Shown: positions 1 through 11,071 of the stretch, piece after piece
Layout: every line of letters starts with the position of its first letter
Position numbering within the stretch: the stretch's first letter is position 1
Origin: an uncultured Chloroflexia bacterium
GTDB lineage: Bacteria; Chloroflexota; Limnocylindria; Limnocylindrales; CSP1-4
Assembly: GCA_963734535.1 (NCBI GenBank)
Contig: CAVTHS010000002.1
Span: forward strand, 128,001-192,000
Reading direction: 5' to 3'
Length of the DNA stretch: 64,000 nt
Notes under the pieces: model-generated
Seen by the model: the letters and a program-made list of their open reading frames with translations, nothing else
The model's database searches: none
Told to the model about the DNA's origin: nothing
Made by a program: the position numbers and the translations under genes

Positions 1-1149
1 GATGCGCCGCGCCTCGAGGAACGCTATCGCATCGCCGAACGGGCGATCTTCGAGGTCCTCGAGCGGACGGCGCGCCCGACCGCGGGCGAGATCGCCGGCC
101 CGGCGGCCCTCGGCGGACGCACGCCGGGCGGCAGCGCCGGGTCGATCGCCACGACCCCGCCGGCACCAAGGTCGGACGAGCCGAGAACGAGCCTTGGACG
201 GGACGCGTTCGAGGCGGCGGTCCGGGCAGCGAAGGATGCGATCGCGGCCGGCGAGGCGATCCAGGTCGTGCTCGCCCGGCGCGAGACCCGGGCGCTGCCG
301 GTCGGGCCCGACGGCCGCGCGGTCGACGGGATCGGCCTCTATCGCGCGCTCCGGCGCGTCAACCCCAGCCCATACCTGTTCTTCGTCCGGACGCCGTCCT
401 TCGAGGTGGTGGGCGCCAGCCCGGAGCTGCTCCTGCAGGTCGAAGGCGACCGCATGACCACCCATCCGATTGCCGGCACGCGGCCCCGTGGAGCCACCCC
501 CGCCGACGACGCGCGCCTTGCGGAGGAGCTTGCCGCCGACCCGAAGGAGCGTGCGGAGCACGTCATGCTCGTCGACCTGGGCCGGAACGACCTTGGGCGC
601 GTGGCGCGACCCGGCACCGTCCGCGTCTCGAAGTACATGGAGGTCGAGCGCTACAGCCACGTGCTGCACCTCGTGAGCCACGTGGAGGGACGGCTGGCCC
701 CGGGACTCGACGCGCTCGACGCGCTCCGCAGCGTCTTCCCGGCCGGGACCCTGTCCGGCGCCCCGAAGGTCCGCGCGATGCAGCTCATCGCGGCGGCGGA
801 GCGCGAGCGGCGCGGCCTGTACGGTGGCGCGATCGGCTACCTCGGCTACGACGGCAACCTCGACACCGCGATCGCCATCCGGAGCGCCGTCCTGAAGGAC
901 GGGGTGGCGCATCTCCACGCCGGCGCCGGGATCGTCGCAGCCAGCGTGCCGGAGCGCGAGTTCGAGGAGACCGAGCACAAGGCGGCGGCGCTGCGCCGGG
1001 CGCTCGAGCTCGCGTCCGGGGCCGGACGGGGCGGAACAGCCACGCGGGCCGGCGCCGATGCCGCGCCGGCCGCCGACACGGCCGGCGAGCCCGACACGGC
1101 GCCTGCATCCGATCCGGCGGGTCCAGTCTCGGCGGGAGGGTCGCGGTGA
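1..1149 (+). CDS. trpE: Anthranilate synthase component I, 5'-truncated by the window edge
   Basis: Frame is open from base 1. Motifs AGEAIQVVL, NPSPYLF, ASPELL, HPIAGTRPRG, KERAEHVMLVDLGRND, GTLSGAPKVRAM, AGAGIV. Confidence 0.95.
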   Translation, partial: DAPRLEERYRIAERAIFEVLERTARPTAGEIAGPAALGGRTPGGSAGSIATTPPAPRSDEPRTSLGRDAFEAAVRAAKDAIAAGEAIQVVLARRETRALPVGPDGRAVDGIGLYRALRRVNPSPYLFFVRTPSFEVVGASPELLLQVEGDRMTTHPIAGTRPRGATPADDARLAEELAADPKERAEHVMLVDLGRNDLGRVARPGTVRVSKYMEVERYSHVLHLVSHVEGRLAPGLDALDALRSVFPAGTLSGAPKVRAMQLIAAAERERRGLYGGAIGYLGYDGNLDTAIAIRSAVLKDGVAHLHAGAGIVAASVPEREFEETEHKAAALRRALELASGAGRGGTATRAGADAAPAADTAGEPDTAPASDPAGPVSAGGSR

Positions 1150-1898
1150 TCCTCGTCATCGACAACTACGACAGCTTCACCTACAACCTGGTCCAGGCGC
1201 TCCAGGTCGCGGGCGCGGCCGTCCGGGTCGTGCGGAACGACGCGATCGACGCCGCGGGCCTCGCCGCACTCGCCGACGATCCGGAGGCGGAGCTGCGGGG
1301 GATCGTGATCTCGCCCGGGCCGTCGGACCCGGACCACGCCGGTGTCTCGGTGCCGGCGGTCCGATTCGCTGCCCTGCGCCGGATCCCGCTGCTCGGCGTG
1401 TGCCTCGGGATGCAGTCGATGGCCGCCGCGTTCGGCGCCTCGATCGTGCGCGCCCCCACGCTGGTCCACGGCGAGGCCTCCACCGTTGCGCACGACGGCG
1501 CCGGGCTGCTCGCCGGCATGCCCGAGGAGTTCCGCGCGGCCCGCTATCACTCCCTGTGCGTGGATGCCGCCACGCTGCCGGCGGAGCTGTTCGTGACGGC
1601 TCGGAGCCTCGATGACGACGTCGTGATGGGGCTCCGCCACGCCACGCTGCCGATGGAGGGCGTGCAGTTCCACCCGGAGTCGGTGCTCACGCTCGACGGT
1701 CCGCACCTCCTGGCCAACTTCCTGCGGCTCGCCGGAGAGGGCGACGCCGGCGTCCTCGACGACGCCTCCGGGACCTTCGCGACGAAGGGCCTTGCGGCGG
1801 CGCCGGCCGACCCGACTCGCCCGGCCGTGTCGCCTCGTCCGGCCGCCCGGTCTCTGCCACCGACCCCGCCTCCCCCCGCCGTGGGCGCGATCCCGTGA
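1146..1898 (+). CDS. trpG: Anthranilate synthase component II (glutamine amidotransferase)
   Basis: IDNYDSFTYNL, ISPGP, GVCLG, RYHSL, QFHPES. GTGA overlap with the trpE stop. Confidence 0.95.
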   Translation: MILVIDNYDSFTYNLVQALQVAGAAVRVVRNDAIDAAGLAALADDPEAELRGIVISPGPSDPDHAGVSVPAVRFAALRRIPLLGVCLGMQSMAAAFGASIVRAPTLVHGEASTVAHDGAGLLAGMPEEFRAARYHSLCVDAATLPAELFVTARSLDDDVVMGLRHATLPMEGVQFHPESVLTLDGPHLLANFLRLAGEGDAGVLDDASGTFATKGLAAAPADPTRPAVSPRPAARSLPPTPPPPAVGAIP

Positions 1899-3009
1899 GC
1901 GACGCCGTCCGCGCCGCCCTCGCGACCGTGATCGACGGTGGAACCCTCGACCGTGACGAGGCCTACCGCGCGATGGGCGCGGTGATGGACGGCGAGTCGA
2001 CGCCCGCGCAGCTCGCCGCGCTGCTCGTGGCGCTTCGGATGCGCGGCGAGACGGTCGATGAGCTGACCGGGTTCGCCAGCGCGATGCGGGAGCGCGTCCT
2101 CCGCGTGGAGGCGCCCGCCGGGGCGATGGACATCGTCGGGACCGGTGGCGACGGCTCGGGCACGTTCAACATCTCCACGACGGCGGCCGTCATCGTCGCG
2201 GCGGCCGGCGTGCCCGTGGCCAAGCACGGCAACCGGGCGATCACGTCGCGATCCGGGTCCGCGGACGTCCTCGACGCGCTCGGCGTGCGGATCGACCACG
2301 ACGCGGACTCTGCCGCCGCCGCGCTCAGGAGCATCGGCTTCGCGTTCCTCTTTGCCCCCGGCTTCCACCCGGCCATGCGGCACGCAGGGCCGACCCGACG
2401 CGAGATCGGCGTCCGGACGGCCTTCAACCTGATCGGCCCGGTGACGAACCCGGCCGGGACGCGGCGACAGCTCGTCGGGGTCGGGGATCCGGTGGCCGCG
2501 CCGAAGCTGGCCGAGGTCCTGCGCGTCCTCGGGACGGAGCGCGCCCTCGTGGTCCACGGCGCCGGGGTGGACGAGCTGCCGCTCGACGGGAGTGGCGTCA
2601 TCCACGACGTGACGCCCGGCGGCGTCGTGCGTCGGGAGGTGGACGTGGCCGCGCTCCGGCTGGCCCGGGCCGCGACGTCGGAGCTCGCGGGCGGCTCGCC
2701 CGCCGAGAACGCCGCGCTCGTGGAGGCGATCCTGGCGGGCACGGAGCGCGGGCCGCGGCGCGACGTCGTCCTCCTCAATGCGGGTGCCGCGCTCATCGCG
2801 GCCGGCCGCGCGATGGACCTTGCCGATGGCATCGTCGCAGGCGGCGGCAGTCGTCGATTCGGGGGTCGCGACCCGGCTGCTGGCGCGACTCCGGGCCGAG
2901 CGGCTGGCTGCCGACGCGGCTGGAGCACGGGCGCGGCCGAGCGGCGGGTGCGGCCGAGGCGCCGGACGCCGTGCGCGTGCCCGCGCCATCGTCGGAGGCT
3001 CGAGCATGA
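1895..3009 (+). CDS. trpD: Anthranilate phosphoribosyltransferase, with apparent indels near the 3' end (~2835 and later)
   Basis: DIVGTGGDG, FNIST, KHGNR, SGSADVL, RTAFNLIGP. The C-terminal helix AAAVVDSGVATRLL is in another frame. End inferred from the ATGA overlap at 3006-3009. Confidence 0.85.
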
Positions 3010-5931
3010 CACTCACGGTCACGCCGCACGTCCGCGCCACGGCCCGGGCCACCACCGGCCCACGGGCCCGCCGGGGTGGGATCCTCGCCGAGATCGCCGC
3101 CCGGCGCGCGCACGACGTCGCCGCCGATCTCGGCGATGCGACGTACGCGGCGCTCGTCCGCGCGACCCGCGCCGCGCCCGCGCCCGCGCCCGATCGCCGA
3201 GCGGCTCGCCGCCCCGGGCCTGCACCTCATCGCCGAGGTCAAGCGCTCATCGCCGTCGGCCGGCGCGATCGCCCCGGCGGCGGACGTCGCTCCGGCGACG
3301 GATGTCGTCGCGCGTGCCCGCGCCTACGCGGCCGGCGGGGCGGCGGTCATCTCCGTCCTCTGCGAGCCGCACTGGTTCGGCGGGACGGTCGCGGATCTCC
3401 GGGCGGTGCGCGCCGCGGTCGCGATCCCGGTCCTCGCCAAGGAGTTCGTGGTCGATCCCCGCCAGCTGCCCGTCCTGCGCACGGCCGGCGCCGACCTCGT
3501 GCTCCTGCTCGCCGCCCTCCACCCCGCGCGGCGGCTGGCGGACCTCGTGCGGCGTGCCCTCGACCTCGGCATGGAGCCGCTCGTCGAGATCCACGCGGAG
3601 CGCGAGCTCGATGCCGCGCTGGCCAGCGGGGCGCGCCTGGTCGGCGTCAACAGCCGTGACCTCCGAACCCTCGAAGTGGACCCCGACCGCCCGATCCGCC
3701 TCCGGGGGCTGGTGCCGGGCGACCGGATCGCGATCGCCGAGTCCGGCGTCCGGGACGCCGGCACGCTGCGCCGCTGGCGCGCCGCGGGCTACGACGCCGC
3801 GCTCGTCGGCGAGACCCTCATGCGAGCGGCCGATCCGCGTGCGGCGGCGGCATCGTTCGTCGATGCCGGCACGGTCCCGGACGATCCGGGAGCCCGCGCC
3901 CGGGCCCCGTTCGTCAAGATCTGCGGGATCGTCGATGCGGCGGGCGTCGAGGCGGCGCTCGTCGCGGGCGCCGACGCGCATCGGCCTCAACTTCGTCGCT
4001 GGGACTCCGCGCGTGCTCTCGCTCGCCGAGGGCGCGGCCCTGGCACGCCGCGCGCGTGCGCGCGGCCCCGGGCGGCCGTGCGCCCGGTCATCGTGGCGAT
4101 CACCGCGGACGCGGACGCCACCCTGCTCAGCCGCGATCGTCCGCGACGTCGACCCGGATGCCGTCCAGTACGCGGGCGGGGAGTCCCCGGAATGGATTGC
4201 CGCCTCGCCGCGCCCAGCCTGGAAGGTGCTCCACCTGCCAGCGGACGCGGGCGACAGTGGCGGCCGACATCGCGGCGACGGTCGTAGCGGAGTCGGACGC
4301 GCGATTCCTCGCCGCCGGCGCGGAGCGGATCCTCCTCGACACCGCGGGCGGCCCGCACCCGGGTGGCACGGGCACGCAGGCGGACGCCGACGGTCGCCGC
4401 CGCGGTCGCCCGCGAGATTCCCGTCATCCTGGCCGGCGGGCTCAACCCGGCGAGCGTCGGGGCGGCGCTCCTGCGCCGTGCCCGCCGTCGGAGTGGACGT
4501 CGCGTCCGGGGTCGAACGCCCCCGCCTGGCCGGGGAGCGGCCCGACCAAGGATCCGCTCGCCGTGGCGCTCTTCGCGAAGCGTGCCCGCGCGGCGCGTTT
4601 CGACAGGCCGCACGCGCCCGCCCGTCCCGAGCCCGTGGATCCGGGCCTCCTCGCGGCCGACGCCGCCGGCCGCTGGGGCGTGGACCGATCGTTCGGTGGC
4701 CGCTACGTCCCGGAGACGCTCGTCACCGCGCTCCGCGAGCTGGAGGACGCGTACGGGGCGCTGCGGGACGACCCGGTCTTCTGGGCGGAGCTGCGGGCGC
4801 TCCTTGCGACGTACGCGGGCCGGCCGACCCCGGTCTACCGCGCCGACCGTCTCGCCGCGGACGTCCTGCGCACGGGCGCGGGAGCTCGACCCGACGGCCG
4901 ACCTTCCGGCTGGCCTCCGGATCTACCTGAAGCGCGAGGATCTCGCGCATACGGGCGCCCACAAGATCAACAACGCGCTCGGCCAGGCGCTGCTCGACGC
5001 GGCGCCTCGGCAAGACGCGCGTGATCGCGGAGACGGGCGCGGGCCAGCACGGCGTCGCGACCGCCACCGCCTGCGCGCTCCTCGGCCTGCCCTGCGTCGT
5101 GTTCATGGGCGCGGTGGACATCGACCGCCAGCGGCCGAACGTCCTGCGAATGGAGGCGCTGGGCGCCGAGGTCCGTCCGGTCACGTCGGGCACGGCGACG
5201 CTCAAGGACGCGGTCAACGATGCGATGCGCGACTGGGTCACGAACGTCGCGACGACCCACTACGTGCTGGGCAGCGCGATGGGCCCCCACCCGTACCCGA
5301 CCCTCGTGCGCGACCTGCAGCGCGTGCATCGGGGACGAGGCCGCGGCCCAGCTCCAGGCCGTCGAGGGGCGGCTGCCCGACCTCGTCGCGGCGTGCGTCG
5401 GCGGCGGCTCCAACGCGATCGGCCTCTTCTCGCGCTTCATCGGCGAGCCGTCCGTCCGGCTCGTCGCCGCCGAGGCGGCGGGGGAGGGGATCGCGACCGG
5501 CCGGCACGCGGCGGCCCTCGCGGGGGGCACGCCGGGCATCCTCCACGGCGCCCGGTCGTACATGCTCCAGGACCGGGACGGGCAGGTCACCGAGGCGCAC
5601 TCGCTCTCGGCCGGGCTCGACTACCCGGGCGTCGGGCCGCAGCTGTCGGCACTCTACGAGGCGGGGCGCCTGGAGGTGGTCTCGACGACCGACGACGACG
5701 CCGTCGCCGCGATCCGGGACCTGTCGCGCGCGGAGGGGATCCTGCCGGCCCTCGAACCCGCCCACGCGCTGGCCGCGCTCCCGCGGATCCTCCTGGGGCG
5801 CACCCGCGGGCCGAACGGGCCGCTTCCGCCAGCTGGCGCTCCCCGCCGACGCGCTGATTCTCGTCGGCCTCTCTGGCCGCGGCGACAAGGACCTCGCCGC
5901 GCTCGAGCGGCGGGAGGGGACGTCGCAATGA
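3006..5931 (+). CDS. Apparent TrpC-TrpF-TrpB fusion (IGP synthase, PRA isomerase, tryptophan synthase beta), broken by many single-base indels
   Basis: TrpC: [27 protein letters not shown]. TrpF: [24 protein letters not shown]. TrpB: [57 protein letters not shown]. The C-F and F-B junctions each lie within one open frame. Confidence 0.8.
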
Positions 5932-6809
5932 GCCCTGCGTCGGCCGCACCCACCAGCGGGAACCGCGCGACGATCGCGGGTCCCGCCCAGGGGACCGGGT
6001 CGACGCCGGGCGCGGCCCGCATCGCGGACGCGTTCGCGCGCGCCGGCGCCGCGAATCGCGCCGCGCTCATCCCGTACATCGTGGCCGGCTACCCGGACGC
6101 GGCCGGCAGCCTCGCGGCGGCCGTCACGGCGATCGACGCCGGTGCGGATCTCCTCGAGGTCGGCCTCCCGTACTCCGACCCGCTCGCCGACGGCGCCACG
6201 CTCCAGCGGGCGTCCGGCGTCGCGCTCCGCGCCGGCGCAACCCTGGACCGGTCCGTCGCGCTGCTCGCCGAGATCGCGGCCGCCCGCCCGGGCGTCCCGC
6301 TCGTGCCCATGTGCTATGCGAACCAGCTCCTCGCCGGGGGCGGCGGCGCGACCGCGGCGCGGCGGCTCGCCGACGCGGGCGCGTCCGGCGTGATCGTGGC
6401 CGACCTGACGCCCGACGAAGGCGCCCCGTTCGAGTCCGCCTGCCGGGATGCCGGCCTCGCGCTCGTGTACCTCGTCGCACCGACCACGCCGGCCGATCGG
6501 CGGGCCGCGATCGCGGCCAGGACCGGCGGCTTCCTGTACACGGTGTCGCTCGTCGGCGTGACCGGCGCGCGGACCAGCCTCCCGCCGGAGGTCGGCCGCT
6601 ACGTCCGTGCGGTGAAGGCGGCCAGTCCCGTGCCCGTGGCCGTGGGGTTCGGCGTCTCGCGCCCGGCGCACGTCCGTGCGCTCGTCCGGGCGGGTGCCGA
6701 CGGGGTCATCGTGGCATCCGCCCTGATCGATGCGCTGGGCCCGGACGGGCGCGGCACCGCCGGGCTCGGCCGGCTGGTCGGCCTGTTGCGGGCAGCGGCA
6801 GCGCGCTGA
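5928..6809 (+). CDS. trpA: Tryptophan synthase alpha chain
   Basis: [49 protein letters not shown] overlap with the trpB stop. Confidence 0.95.
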   Translation: MSPASAAPTSGNRATIAGPAQGTGSTPGAARIADAFARAGAANRAALIPYIVAGYPDAAGSLAAAVTAIDAGADLLEVGLPYSDPLADGATLQRASGVALRAGATLDRSVALLAEIAAARPGVPLVPMCYANQLLAGGGGATAARRLADAGASGVIVADLTPDEGAPFESACRDAGLALVYLVAPTTPADRRAAIAARTGGFLYTVSLVGVTGARTSLPPEVGRYVRAVKAASPVPVAVGFGVSRPAHVRALVRAGADGVIVASALIDALGPDGRGTAGLGRLVGLLRAAAAR

Positions 6810-7587
6810 CGGTGGGGCAGGTCCGGCGCGTTCCGAGGCGGTGAGCGGCCGCGCACGTTCGGGTTGGACCCGAATGCGGACCAGCCACTTCGACCCGGCC
6901 GAATCCGGCCCTGCTACGGCGTCGCCCCTCGGCAGTCTGCAGCTCCGGCAGGAGGATCACGACCAGCCCCCCGTCCTTCGTGGGAACAGGGTCGTCGGGG
7001 CGCGCGTGGTGGACGCTCTCCACGGCCGGCGGCACCGTCCTGAACACCTGCTGGTCGAAGCCGACGAGGATTCCACCGATCGTCGTGCCTGCGGACTGAC
7101 GCTTCTTCCGCATCATCGGCTTCGAGGTGCCTCCCCGACGGCGCCCCTCTGTCCATCGTTCGACCCCACCGACCGTGTCCGGTCGCCCGACCCGCTTCTG
7201 CGCGTGCTGGACGCGCCGCGTCGCCGCGATCAGCTTCCGGTACAGGGCGACGAGCTCCGGGTCCGGGAAGAGCCCCGCCGATGCGCTCGTGACGCGCTCG
7301 AGGACCTCGGCCTCACGGGCAGGGTCGCGCACGGTTCGCCGTCCCGTCTCCTGCTTGACGCGGCCGATCTCGAGCGCGATCTGGGCGCGCTCATTGAGGA
7401 GCGCCACGATCTCGTGGTCGATTGCGTCGATCCGGTCCCGGAGCGGAGCGAGCGCCACGGCGGTGGGGTCGGCCGGTGAGGCAGCCTGGGCCGCCGAGCC
7501 AGTCGCGGCCGTCGAGCGCGTCCCGGCGCCCGAGCCCGTGCCGGCCGCCGGTTCGTCGCCAGCCAGCTCGTTCCGACGCTCACCCAT
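6706..7587 (-). CDS. Chorismate mutase (AroQ-type) at ~7190-7587. The frame runs on into an unrelated small protein, so the true 3' end is uncertain.
   Basis: [30 protein letters not shown]...[11 protein letters not shown]. Last gene of the aro operon. Confidence 0.8.
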   Translation of the reverse strand: MGERRNELAGDEPAAGTGSGAGTRSTAATGSAAQAASPADPTAVALAPLRDRIDAIDHEIVALLNERAQIALEIGRVKQETGRRTVRDPAREAEVLERVTSASAGLFPDPELVALYRKLIAATRRVQHAQKRVGRPDTVGGVERWTEGRRRGGTSKPMMRKKRQSAGTTIGGILVGFDQQVFRTVPPAVESVHHARPDDPVPTKDGGLVVILLPELQTAEGRRRSRAGFGRVEVAGPHSGPTRTCAAAHRLGTRRTCPTVSALPLPATGRPAGRARRCRARPGPAHRSGRMPR

Positions 7588-8095
7588 TCGAGGCCTCCGC
7601 GTCCCCGGCGTGCGCCGGGATCAGGCCCGCGACCCAGCGCCTCGCGAGCTCCTCGAGCGCCAGCGTGTAGCCGCGCGCCTGCAGGCCCACGAATCGGGCC
7701 GCGGCGATGTCCTCCAGGAAGTTGACCCGGCGGAACGGCTCCCGCGTCGACGGATCGGAGAGGTGCACCTCCACGAACGGGCGTTCCACGGCCAGCAGTG
7801 CATCGCGAAGGCTGACCGACGTATGGGTGAGCCCGGCCGCGTTCACGATCGCCGCATCGAAGTCGCGCGCGTGGAGCCGGTCGATCAGCGCTCCCTCGTG
7901 GTTCGACTGGAAGAAGGTGATCATCACGTCGAGCTCCACGGCTCGCGCGGCGATCCCCGCGTTGACCTCGTCAAGCGTCTCGCGCCCGTAGATCGCCGGT
8001 TCTCGCGTTCCGAGCAGGTCCAGGTTCGGGCCGTTGAGGACGAGCACGCGCAGCACGCGCGGTGCCGCCCCACGTGCGGGCTCGGCCGCGCTCAT
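7580..8095 (-). CDS. aroQ: Type II 3-dehydroquinate dehydratase
   Basis: LNGPNLDLLGTREPAIYG, QSNHEG, THTSVSLRDA, EVHLS. Confidence 0.95.
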   Translation of the reverse strand: MSAAEPARGAAPRVLRVLVLNGPNLDLLGTREPAIYGRETLDEVNAGIAARAVELDVMITFFQSNHEGALIDRLHARDFDAAIVNAAGLTHTSVSLRDALLAVERPFVEVHLSDPSTREPFRRVNFLEDIAAARFVGLQARGYTLALEELARRWVAGLIPAHAGDAEASNG

Positions 8096-9732
8096 GCGTT
8101 CGCCGCCGCGGGCGTGCCGGCCAGGACGCTCCGGGCGGCCGCTGCGACAACGTCGTCGGGAACATCCGCGCGGACGGTCCAGCCCCCGGCGGTCGCGAGC
8201 ACCCAGCGGAGCCGGCCGTCGTGATGCTTCTTGTCGGTCGCGACCGCGTCGAGGACCCCGTCGGGCGGGTAGGGGAGCTCGGCGCAGCCGAGGTCCAGGC
8301 GGTCCAGCAGCGCCTCGACGCGTTCGGCTCGCTCGGGCGGCGTCGCCCCCACGGTGACCCCCACTCGGAGCGCGGCCCGAAGCCCGTACGCGACGGCCTC
8401 GCCGTGCAGGATCCCCCGGAAGGCAGCAACGGTCTCGATCGCGTGCGCCAGCGAGTGCCCGAGGTTGAGCGAGATCCGGCCGCCCTGCTCGCGTTCGTCG
8501 GCCGTCACGACCTCGATCTTGGCCGTCGCGCAGCGCTCCACGAGCTCGGCCATCGCGCCCGAGGCGAAGACGGCGGGATCGCCCGCCGCGAGGGCCGGAC
8601 CCTCGGCCTCGAGGAGCTCGAGGAGTCGCTCGTCGCCCAGCGTGCCCATCTTGACGGCCTCGCCGAGCGCAGCACGCAGCTCCCGCGGATCGAGCGTCCG
8701 GAGGAACCGGATGTCCGAGATGTTGGCGACCGCCTGGTGGAAGGCACCGACCAGGTTCTTCCCCTCGGGAAGGTCCACCGCCGTCTTGCCACCGATGGAG
8801 CTGTCCAGCTGCGCGACGAGGGTCGTCGGGACATGAACGAGCGGGACGCCACGGAGCCAGGTCGCCGCGAGGAAGCCGGCCGCGTCGCCAAGGGCCCCGC
8901 CGCCGATCGCGACGATCGGGTCGGTCCGCTCGGCCCGAAGGCGGGCCAGCTCGCGCGCCGCCTCCTCGATGACACCGAGGCGCTTGGCGTCCTCGCCGCG
9001 CGGCAGCAGGATCCGCTCGGTCGGGATCCCGGCCGCCGCGAGCGCGCCGGCGAGCGCGGACCCGGCCACCTCCCAGGCGCGCGGCTCGGAGACCAGGATG
9101 GCGCGGCGCGCCTCCAGCCGCCCGATGGCCGCCTCGACCCCGGCCGCAGCCGTCCCGTCGCCGAGCTCGTAGCGGCCGAGGGCGGTCGTCGCGCGCAGGA
9201 GCAGGGTGGCGTCGGGGAGCGCGTCGTCCAGGTGCCGCTCGAGCGTCTCGACGATCCCGGCCAGGCCAACGATGCCGTTCACCCGGAGCGCTGGCTCGTA
9301 GAAGGAGGCTCGCGTCGAGGCAAGGCTGCGCATCGCGGCGACGGGGTCGCGTCCGCTCAGCAGCGGTCGCGGCACCGGGGAGTTCCGAATTCGCTGCGCC
9401 AGGATCTCGGGTGGGGCGTCGAGCCAGGCCGCCATCCGACCGCGGTAGAGGCGCCAGCGATTGCGCGGATCCACGGGCGCGCCGCCGCCGGTCGCGATGA
9501 CGCGGGTCAGGCCGGGCCGAGGGTCGGCCGGCCCCAGCGCCTCGATGGCCCGGCGCTCCCGGGCGCGGAAGCCCGGCTCGCCTTCCTCCGCGAAGATCGA
9601 CGGGATCGGGCGACAGGCGTCGCGCTCGATCTCCTCGTCGAGATCGACGAATGCGGCCCCGTGGCGGCGAGAAAGCCGGCGTCCGACGGCGCTCTTGCCG
9701 CTCCCGGGCAGCCCGACGAGGACGAGGTCCAC
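8092..9732 (-). CDS. aroKB: Bifunctional shikimate kinase / 3-dehydroquinate synthase
   Basis: N-terminal GLPGSGKS, GEPGFR, ATGGG. C-terminal GGGALGDAAG, DSSIGGKT, KNLVGAFH, LNLGHSLAHAIE, HGEAV. Confidence 0.93.
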   Translation of the reverse strand: MDLVLVGLPGSGKSAVGRRLSRRHGAAFVDLDEEIERDACRPIPSIFAEEGEPGFRARERRAIEALGPADPRPGLTRVIATGGGAPVDPRNRWRLYRGRMAAWLDAPPEILAQRIRNSPVPRPLLSGRDPVAAMRSLASTRASFYEPALRVNGIVGLAGIVETLERHLDDALPDATLLLRATTALGRYELGDGTAAAGVEAAIGRLEARRAILVSEPRAWEVAGSALAGALAAAGIPTERILLPRGEDAKRLGVIEEAARELARLRAERTDPIVAIGGGALGDAAGFLAATWLRGVPLVHVPTTLVAQLDSSIGGKTAVDLPEGKNLVGAFHQAVANISDIRFLRTLDPRELRAALGEAVKMGTLGDERLLELLEAEGPALAAGDPAVFASGAMAELVERCATAKIEVVTADEREQGGRISLNLGHSLAHAIETVAAFRGILHGEAVAYGLRAALRVGVTVGATPPERAERVEALLDRLDLGCAELPYPPDGVLDAVATDKKHHDGRLRWVLATAGGWTVRADVPDDVVAAAARSVLAGTPAAANA

Positions 9733-9741
9733 GGCGGGTGC

Positions 9742-11071
9742 CTAGTCGTCCCCGCCGGAGCCGGCGGCTCCCGAGCCTCGGCCGGCGGGGGAACCGGCCC
9801 CGGCGGGCGATCGCGGCTGGCCGGGTCCGCCCGGGTCCGCGTCGGCGGCGTGGTCCGACCCGGGTCCGCGTTCGATCCGTTCGAGGTAACGCGCCAGGTT
9901 GTCCTGCACCTCGGTGAGCGAGTCGCCCCCGAACTTCTCAAGCACCGACGCGGTCAGCGTCAGGAGCACCATCGCCTCGCCGATCACGCCAGCCGCCGGG
10001 ACGACGCTGATGTCCGAACGCTCGTAGTGCGCCTTCTCGACCGCCTCGCCCGTCACCAGGTCGGCGGAGGGCAGCGGCCGCGCAAGCGTCGAGATCGGCT
10101 TCACCGCGCCGCGGACCACCAGCGGCTGGCCGTTCGTGATGCCACCCGTGAGGCCGCCGGCATTGTTCGTGCGGTGGATCCAGGCCCCGGCTCCGTCGCG
10201 GCGTTCGATCACGTCGTGGACCTCGGAGCCGAGCAGCCGGGTCTGCGCGAATCCGAGCCCGAGCTCCACGCCCTTCACGCTCTGGATGCTCATCACGGCA
10301 GCGGCCAGGGCGCCGTCGAGGCGGCGGTCCCAGTGGACGTGGCTGCCCAGGCCGATCGGGAGCCCGTGCGCGACCACCTCGAAGACCCCGCCGACGGTGT
10401 TCCCGAGCGAACGCGCCTCGTCGATCCGCGCCACCATCCGCGTCTCCGCGTCGGGATCCGGGCAGCGCAGCGGGCTCGCCTCGGCGTCCGCGCGGCTCCG
10501 GGTGCAGTTCGCCGGGTCGACGGCCACGCCCCCGACCTCCGCCGTGAACGACCAGACCTCGATCCCGAGCGCGGCAAGGAATGCGCGGCAGACTGCGCCC
10601 GCCGCGACCCGCGCGGCGGTCTCGCGCGCGGAGGCGCGCTCGAGCACGGGGCGAACGTCGGCGAAGCCGTATTTCAGGGCGCCGGCAAGGTCGGCGTGCC
10701 CCGGCCGGAGTCGAGTCACCGGCTGTGCGCGCAGGTTGCCCCCGGCAGCGAGCGCGGCCAGCTCCTCCGCCTGGGCGTCAGTGAGCGGCTCGACCTGCAT
10801 CACACGGGTCCAGCTGTCCCAGTCCCGGTTGCGGACCAGGAGGAGGATCGGCGAGCCGATCGTCAGCCCGTGCCGGATCCCGGCCAGGATCTCCGCCCGG
10901 TCCTGCTCGATGACCTGGCGCGCGCCGCGCCCGTAGCCGCCCTGGCGCCGCCGAAGGTCCCCGGCGATCGCGTCGGCCGTCACGGCGGATGCCGGCAGGC
11001 AGCCCCTCGAGCGTGGCGCCGAGCGCCGGCCCGTGCGACTCCCCGGCGGTGAGGAACCGGAACGCGGTCAT
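9742..11071 (-). CDS. aroC: Chorismate synthase, with one apparent indel at ~10990
   Basis: FLTAGESHGP in one frame. RRQGGYGRG, RPGHAD, ERASARETA, NNAGG and ERSD in another. Confidence 0.93.

Noticed and set aside
2778-3200. TrpD-TrpC fusion
   Set aside because: One frame does join them, but an ATGA stop/start overlap at 3006-3009, like those at other junctions, suggests separate genes with an additional indel. Unresolved without polishing.
1895-5931. trp operon as a decaying pseudogene cluster
   Set aside because: Catalytic motifs are intact, there are no in-frame nonsense codons, and essential genes (cysS, rpoC, dnaX) show the same indels.
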